Origin: Eledone cirrhosa
Lineage: Eukaryota
Direction of reading: 5' to 3'
DNA: 64,000 bases
NCBI GenBank assembly: GCA_964016885.1
Contig: OZ024742.1
Span: 318,246,001-318,310,000 of the forward strand
Both the position numbers and the translations under genes were made by a program. The notes under the pieces were generated by a model. The model had not been told where the DNA came from. It did no database searches and saw only the letters and a list, made by a program, of their open reading frames with translations. Below are positions 56,610 through 64,000 of the stretch, one piece after another (position 1 is the stretch's first letter; every line of letters begins with the position of its first letter).

Positions 56610-56760
56610 CACTGCATAGAGTTACGGCCTTTTATGATCTGAGTTCAATTCTCGCCGAGGTTAACTTTGCCTTTCATCCATACGGTGTCGATAAAATAAA
56701 ATGCCAGTAATGCACTGGGATAATTGCTGGCCTTGTGCCAAAAGTAGAAACAATTATTTC
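56610..56760 (+). mobile_element. SINE family 1 copy (short subtype)
   Basis: B-box-like GAGTTCAATTC, family body and tail. Confidence 0.85.
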
Positions 56761-57288
56761 GATGTCAATTTTTTTATTGTCACAATTAAAAGACGCCCCC
56801 ACCCACTCACCCACCCACAAAAGAAGAGAAACGAAAGAATTAGAAAACAGGAGGAGAAATGAGGAGGAGGCAAACAATACACTCCTGGCTGGACAGCAAC
56901 TGCTCCTCGCAGACAAGATGGCGAAAACATTGGAACAAAGAACAACATCAGTCTTTTCATCTTACGGAGCTCCTTTATTCATCTTTACATGGTTAATGAT
57001 ATATGTACCAATCCGGCTCTTTGTGTTTTGGTTGTAGATTTGATCGATCACCTGGTTTAACAGCAGCTCCTGTTTGTTGGAAATATTTAAGCCAAGTCTA
57101 GTGAGTTAGTGAAAAGACTCATGGGCACTGCTGGTACTCTTAACTATGCTAAAAATAATTGTAAGTACTGGAGTCTTTATAACCGATTTTTCTTCCCCCT
57201 CGTCACAAAATTTGTGACCATGTGCTTACATAAGAAATCAATATTTACAACTGAAAGCTACCAAAATATTCGTTCATTACGCTCCACC

Positions 57289-57503
57289 AGGTGGTGGATT
57301 GGCAGAATCGGTAGAGTGTCGGACTCCATGCTTTGCAGCATAGAGTTACGCCCCTTTACGATCTGAGTTCAAATCCCGCCGAGATTAACTTTGACTTTCA
57401 TTCTTACGGGGTCCATAAAATGAAGTACCAGTAATGCACTGGGGTCGATTTAATCGACTTTCCACTCTTCCCAAATTACTGGCGTATAGTAGAAATGATT
57501 ATT
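57289..57503 (+). mobile_element. Full-length SINE family 1 copy
   Basis: A box TGGCAGAATCGG, B box GAGTTCAAATCC, family body, GTCGATTTAATCGAC hairpin and ATTATT tail. Confidence 0.88.
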
Positions 57504-58314
57504 TATTCTAGAATTGTGTAACTTCTCGCATTCATTTGTACAAAAGCAGCAAGTGTTCAATGCTAAATATATTAACTATGAGCCTAGGGCGGCACTTGGG
57601 ATTAGATTTGAACTGTCGAACTTTCAGTCAACATGGCATATACTGCAATATTACAGCTAAAAGTTTTGTGATGAGAGTTTCTGTTTGCTACTTCAACATC
57701 CGATGTGATATCGCTAGCTTCGATGACCTTGTTGCAATTATCTATGATAGCTAATATATTGTACCACACATCTGACTTTAACATATAGGTAAATGATGTC
57801 ACACAATAAAACTCCATGGATTTCATTTATTATTTTAGTAATTAAATTAATTTTAGTAATTCTAAGCTAATTCAATGCAAGACATGTGAACTAGAAAAGT
57901 CTTTATGCTTTCTTCGGGATGTAAACATCTTGTTTCGGAGACTCCATGTAGAATACAGAATACAACAATATAGTTTTATAGTAATTCGCACCACCTACAG
58001 CTAGTACTGAGCAAGTGGTACACAGTTTGAATTGATCAGAAAAATGTTATTGCTTCAGGTATGTATCATTACCACGTAATTTGAATGAGGGATAACCGCA
58101 AGGTGTAAAAATTACTGTTGAGAATTAGTCTTGAACGCTATTGTATTTTCCAGCCATAATTTCCACATTATGATAAGCTTGGGTTCTACAATCACAGAGG
58201 GGGTTAGCATTGTTTTGTAATGTCTCGTTTATCAACTTGCCTTCTGTTGCAGCTACAAACTGCAAATATGAGAAATCTTTCTAGGATCTCGAACTGAATT
58301 TCAAAAGAAAATAA

Positions 58315-58480
58315 AGGTAACGTATTGTCAGTGTTGTTAGAACATCGAACAGAATACTTTACGGTATTCGTTCCGCCCCTCTGTGTTCTGTATTTAAATA
58401 CTGCCAAAGTCAACTTTGCCTTCCATCTTTTCGAGGTCGACAAAAAAAAAAAAAAAAAAGTACCAGTCCAGTACAGAGGT
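58315..58480 (+). mobile_element. Old, degenerate SINE family 1 relative
   Basis: GTCAACTTTGCCTTCCATCTTTTCGAGGTCGAC(A)nGTACCAG. Confidence 0.6.
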
Positions 58481-58986
58481 TATTCCTCTATATCTATTTC
58501 TTATATCCTCTACCATTCTCGTTCCTTTGGAAGAAATTAGTCGTGTTCAAACCTGGAGAAGGGATGTGCTCCGCCAGTTTCAGAAAGCCAAAGAAACGAT
58601 GTATGGCACTATGGTGACCTCATGACTCCACCATGAGTTACGGGTCCATGCATTCACATCTCAAAAGAAGTGCTGTTTATTCAATATGGGAGGAATCTGG
58701 TGTTGAATGTACAATTACTGAGAAAATATACTACTTCATAAAATTGAAGCACTTTTCTGTTAATTCTCTACATTTAGCACATCTTCATGAAGTGTATAAC
58801 ATCGATGATACATTTTAAAAGATTATGCTATTTCACATCTTCATCTTTGATTGATAATTTCAACAAATTATGAATGTATAACGCAAAATGTTAATCCTAG
58901 TTAATGCAAGCAAATATTTTCTGAGATCAAAAGAAATTCTTGTACTTGAGTAGGATGTACTGTATATTCAGCACCCCATTCCATTG

Positions 58987-59035
<49 letters not shown>

Positions 59036-59115
59036 TTGTGTATAATGGTAGCTATGGTGCTTCCATAGGCGGTGTGCCAAAATTAGCACTCAATATTCAG
59101 CAGAGTAGAGTGTAG

Positions 59116-59456
59116 ATAGTATAAAGAAAACGAAAAATCAGTGATGCATCTGGACTCAATTTATTGCGTGTTACAATTGTTTCGCCGGCAGGTAGCTCGA
59201 GACATGGTCCCTGTATGGATCTGGCTGATTCTACGGCAGCAGGTTCCTTCAGACACGAGTAGTTCGTTCGGAGCAAATGTTATCATTATAAGTGATAAAA
59301 TTTGCTCCGAACGAACTACCAGTGTCTGAAGGAACCTGCTGCCGTAGAATCAGCCAGATCCATACAGGGACCATGTCTCGAGCTACCTGCCGGCGAAACA
59401 ATTGTAACACGCAATAAATTGAGTCCAGATGCATCACTGATTTTTCGTTTTCTTTA

Positions 59457-59462
<6 letters not shown>
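59116..59462. mobile_element. 347-bp near-perfect palindrome carrying mirror-image hammerhead-like motifs (59322-59410 on +, mirrored on -)
   Basis: ~170-bp arms with about 3 visible mismatches, centre at ~59289. Each arm reads GTGT-CTGAAGG...GCCG..CGGC-GAAACAATTGTA-ACAC followed by AATAAA. Mirrored ORFs in the track (59141-59329 +, 59249-59437 -) confirm the symmetry. Confidence 0.88.
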
Positions 59463-59512
<50 letters not shown>

Positions 59513-59516
<4 letters not shown>

Positions 59517-60175
59517 AATTAGTATATCTACCAACATATATATACAGATGCATACCTATGCTAGCAAATATATAGGTTTTGTCTTAGTAACTTTGTGGTT
59601 CAATGCAAGGGATGCAGAACAATTATATGAAAGACGTAAAATATGAAAATTATAAAAATTAACTTACTTACTAAAATTCCACTCCAACTAATTAGTTTCT
59701 GAAAGGGAATAAACATGGTTTCCGAATTAAACCCATGGAGAAAGCCTTTCGTCATCAGGAAGTCTATTCTCAGCTAATTTCCCAGGCGATGCGTGGACAC
59801 AGGGAACTTATACAAAAATAATTCAGTGGATGGAAAAAAGCAAGCGTGGACTAAATTCCAAGACATTGAAAAATTCACTGCCTACTTGGTCGGTGGCAAA
59901 TTCAAAAGAATCAACCACGTGACATCGAGGTTAATCAGTGAGGAGTGGGGTGTTAAGAAGGCAGTAGCCGAACTATTACTATGAACTATAGTAGCAGTTT
60001 TGGCAAATTTTTGCTCAACAAAATAATTTGGAGATAATTATAAAGAATTAGTATATCTACCAACATATATATATACAGATGCATACCTATGCTAGCAAAT
60101 ATATAGGTTTTGTCTTAGTAACTTTGTGGTTCAATGCAAGGGGATGCAGAACAATTATATGACAGACGTAAAATA
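59513..60175 (-). mobile_element. Partial-tandem element with ~130-bp direct repeats (59511-59643 and 60039-60175) and an internal hammerhead
   Basis: The direct repeats are visible, and the 3' end on the minus strand abuts (TA)n. Partial tandem structure is known for Penelope-like elements. Confidence 0.7.
59681..59763 (-). ncRNA. Type I hammerhead ribozyme motif with intact core and long stem II
   Basis: The minus strand reads ACTTC-CTGATGA-C-GAAAGG...CCTTTC-A-GAAACTAATTAGTT-GGAGT: stem I ACTTC/GGAGT, palindromic stem III ACTAATTAGT, GTT cleavage triplet. Confidence 0.75.
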
Positions 60176-60358
60176 AGAAAATGGACGTTAAACGAAGATG
60201 ATGATGATGATGATGATATATATATATATATATGAAAATTGAATTGAATTAGTATTTTGTGTAGTAAAACAAATAAATAAAATATAATACGGCGGAGTTA
60301 TTAATTCAATTTAATTTTTAAATTCCACCGCCGCTTGCTAATCCCGTGATGTTGATAT

Positions 60359-60544
<186 letters not shown>

Positions 60545-60554
60545 CATCTTTTGT

Positions 60555-62138
60555 GAAGAAAAATGCTAGCTGCATATGTTTTGGACTTTCAAGTGATATT
60601 CAAAACGAGTTCATTAATTCATTAATCGTATAGCTGCTACAATTGACTGTGAAATTAAGGCAATGATCGAAAAAAACATCATTTGTTGCTGTTATGTTTG
60701 ATGAGACTACGGATCTTCAAATGAAATCTCAATTGTCACGCATTTTGCGGCGATTTGTTGATGAGAAGGAAAATCCCCAAGAAAGGTTTTGGGATACGTC
60801 GATGCCAGTAAAAATAGTTGAACTGCATCGCTGACAGAAGAAGTTCGAAAATTCGTTAATGAATTCAACTGAGACCAAAAATTAATCGCACAAACTTATG
60901 ATGGAGCGAGCGTGATGGCTAGGCATTTGAACGGTGTGCGAGCAGAATAAAGGAGATTTTTGGTGCGAACGTCATATTTGTACATTGTTATGCACATTTA
61001 CTTAATTTGACTATCTTAGTCAGCTTTAAGTATTCGTGAATGTCGGATTTTCTTCCAAACTTTAAAAGGAATTTCAGCTTGTTTTCTCAAAGTCGACGGC
61101 TCGAATAGCACTACTGGATGAAATCGTTGGAAGAGTTCCAAAATTACCTGAAACCGTTGGAAGAGATTTCCAAAATTACTTGAAACACGTTGGAATTATT
61201 CATCTCAACAAGTATCCATTTTATCCGACATAATTTCTGTGTTTTCTTAACTATTGTTAACCATATTAGAAAATCCAGAGAATTGGAATGCTTCAGAATT
61301 AGCACAGGCAAGGGAATTCGTTGCAATCCTAGAAGATTTTCAGTTTAAACTTTTATTAGTGGTTTTTGAAACCGGATTGAATGACTCAGAAATTCTGTTT
61401 TCGATTCTTCAAGAAAGTTCGCTTGATATTTCGAGGTGCATTTGTTAAGTTGGAAACTTCAAGAAACAATTGGTTGACATCAAGAACAACAAGTTTGTGG
61501 AATTTTACTGCCGGGTTCTGGATGGTGTTGCTGAACCATCGAAGAAGCGTGGTCGATAACAAAAACCAAAAGCTGTTTGAAGCATACAATGTTTATCAAC
61601 ATTTTGAATGAAGTTATTGTTTACGTTGAACAAAGAATTAAAACAATGGGAGAGGTCAGATTTGTGGAATTGTTGGATCCAAAACTTTTTCACGCTTACG
61701 AAAAAAAAAAAAAAAAAAAATCTGATGGAAGTGTTTTCATCTCTGGATGTCTGTTTAAACATATTGGATTTGGATAGATTGAAATGCGAGCAGAATTCAG
61801 TTAATGCTGCAGATTTTGCAAAACAGGCACCAAGCATCCAGGAAATCCCAGACATAATACGGGAGCTAAATAAGCTCTGGCAGAAGTAACAAAATTACTA
61901 CGTTTGATTCTAAGCCATGCCTGTCACATATGCTTCATGCGAGAGATCATTTTCTTCATTAAAACCAGTTAACAATTATATGAGGTGTTTTCAAAGTGAA
62001 GAAAGATTTTCATGAATAAAGACATTTTGAAGAAGATGAAGGTAGAGCGTAGTGCTGATACATTTATAGCGTGAATTTGCCAAAGTGATCGATGAATTTG
62101 CCAAAAACAAACGAAGAATTGAACTGATTTACAAATGA
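60555..62138 (+). pseudogene. hAT-superfamily (Tip100/ZMYM1-like) transposase pseudogene
   Basis: Manual translation across frameshifts and stops gives GLSSDIQNEFI, VAVMFDETTD (~60700), LIAQTYDGASVM (~60894), IFVHCYAHLLNL (~60980), ETRWNYSS, MPVTYASCERSFSSLK (~61932) and VIDEFAKNKRRIELIYK* (TGA 62136-62138). Confidence 0.92.
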
Positions 62139-62685
62139 ATTTTAAATATTTCATTATTTGTCGGTTTTATTATTTACTTAGATTTCTTTCGTAGCCAATT
62201 AGGGTTACCAAGCTGTTACTAATGGGGAGATAGTAAGTCCAGTGGACAGGGGAATCAAGCCCAAAGCGTGGACTGTTGGTAGAAGTGTACTTTCTCACAT
62301 TAAAATTAGCTCATATCACATCCACAGCCTTATTCTTCGCCATGGTGATTGGCCTGCATGTCCTGCTTTCCATGTCACTCTTTGCCGGTGATATATATAT
62401 ACATACATACATATGTATATATATTTCACAGCATCTCCGCGTCCGCGTCCGAGTACACACACGCACACACACATATATATATATATATACGTAATAATAA
62501 TAAATTTGAAGACCAAAGTATCGTCTTTCTGTCTTCCTCCGGTTGCAACGTTTTTTGAAATATTTACTTCTGCGTTTACAGATTGACTTTTTTAGTTTCA
62601 GAAGATCCCGTTAAGGGTGAAAGCACCGATTCTTTGCTTAAACTTTAATCTGTTATTTTAATAAATATATATATATATATGTATG

Positions 62686-62741
<56 letters not shown>

Positions 62742-62745
<4 letters not shown>

Positions 62746-62970
62746 GATTGGTATACTCGGACACGGAGATGCTGTGAAATAGCTTATAAAATAGGGTGAA
62801 GACTATTAAAGATGCAAAAAGAAAGTTGTCATCGGCCGCAACAAGGAGATACGGCGTTCGATTCCTCGTAGCGGCAGATGGCAACTTTTCTTTTTTTGGT
62901 CTTTAAGGGTTTTCACCCTATTTTATAAACTATTTTATAGCATCTCTGCGCCCGAGTACACGAATCTTTA
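62742..62970. mobile_element. 229-bp imperfect palindrome (~105-bp arms) with a Pol III B-box-like motif at its centre
   Basis: Arms TAAAGATT..TACTCGG..GAGATGCT..TATAAAATAGGGTGAA and their reverse complement; GTTCGATTCC at 62856-62865; an extra arm fragment at ~62424-62458. Confidence 0.8.
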
Positions 62971-63048
62971 AATTAACTTTGTCCCCACAGCGCTTCGTAA
63001 AAGTTCGAGAGATTGGTACATTCACTCACACCCACACCCATACAGACA

Positions 63049-63094
<46 letters not shown>

Positions 63095-63205
63095 TATTCT
63101 ATTCTATAGTAATATCTACAGACTTCTTTTCTTAAGTATGGAGTACTAATTTGAATAATGGTCTTATTAGTCTTAACATCTCACACACGCGCACACACAC
63201 ACACG

Positions 63206-63307
<102 letters not shown>

Positions 63308-63394
63308 GATAGATATATGCAACAGTCCTGTATGTGATGTTCAATCCTTATTTCGTTTTTCTATCCCAAATAATTTTACTTCATACATATGTAA

Positions 63395-63668
63395 TATGCG
63401 TGTGCGTGTGTGTATGCATGCGCCTGTGTGTGCGCGTGTGTTCATGCATGCGCCCGTGTGTGTGGTGTTCATGCATGCGCCTGTGAATGTGTTCATGCAT
63501 GTGCCTGTGTGTGAGTGTGTGGAGCCGATTGCTAACCTACAAGTATGTATATATATGTGTATGTCAAGTGCACGCGCCGTGTGTATGTGTAAGTGTGTGT
63601 GAGTGTGTGTGCATACGTATGTGTGTGTGTGTGCGTGTGTGTGTGTGCGTATCTGTGTGTGTGCGTAC

Positions 63669-63709
<41 letters not shown>

Positions 63710-63850
63710 TGCATGCGTGTTTGTGTGCGTGTGTGTGTGTGTGCGTGTGTTTATATGTGTGTTTATGGGTGTGCGAGTGTGCGTGGAGCCGATTGCGAAC
63801 CTAGAAGTATGTATATTTGTGTATGTCAAGTGTGCCCGGCGTGTGGATGC
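63395..63850 (+). repeat. GT-rich complex repeat with a ~264-bp duplicated unit and TTCATGCATGCGCC subrepeats
   Basis: GGAGCCGATTGC.AACCTA.AAGTATGTATAT occurs at 63521 and 63785. Confidence 0.8.
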
Positions 63851-64000
63851 TTCAAGCACTATTAATTGGAATAATACAACACATGAAAAACCTTCCTCAG
63901 CTGACCGTTAGTAGTACATCCGTACATGATGCCACGTATAAGAATAAATAAATAAATATAACAAATTAAAAAATTACACACACACATCATAAATGTATAT

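Noticed and set aside
53862-57503. tRNA genes suggested by A/B boxes
   Set aside because: The boxes are the heads of multi-copy SINEs; no complete cloverleaf is supported.
59141-59437. Pair of near-identical 62-aa ORFs on opposite strands
   Set aside because: They are a consequence of the DNA palindrome and carry no recognisable protein motif.

Overview
Eukaryotic, gene-poor, repeat-dominated window. The SINE families and the (TA)n/(GT)n load look like an octopod cephalopod genome (recognition from memory, not a search). Positions 1-~35.4 kb are one head-to-tail 25/26-bp satellite, TCTTTAACCCAG(G)GTAGTGACTACTA, with nested higher-order repeats and one telomere-type TAACCC hexamer per monomer. 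It is followed by a related 24-bp satellite (~35.47-37.13 kb). The remaining ~27 kb holds microsatellites, tRNA-derived SINEs, a decayed RTE-group LINE 3' end, a bipartite RTE-derived element, Helitron-like ends and a hAT transposase pseudogene. No intact protein-coding gene is supported; almost all ORFs in the track are repeat artefacts. The most notable signal is a dense set (about ten) of short elements at (TA)n tracts that carry minimal type I hammerhead-ribozyme motifs from several unrelated sequence families. They very often occur as fold-back palindromes, consistent with non-autonomous Penelope-like/retrozyme-type elements.
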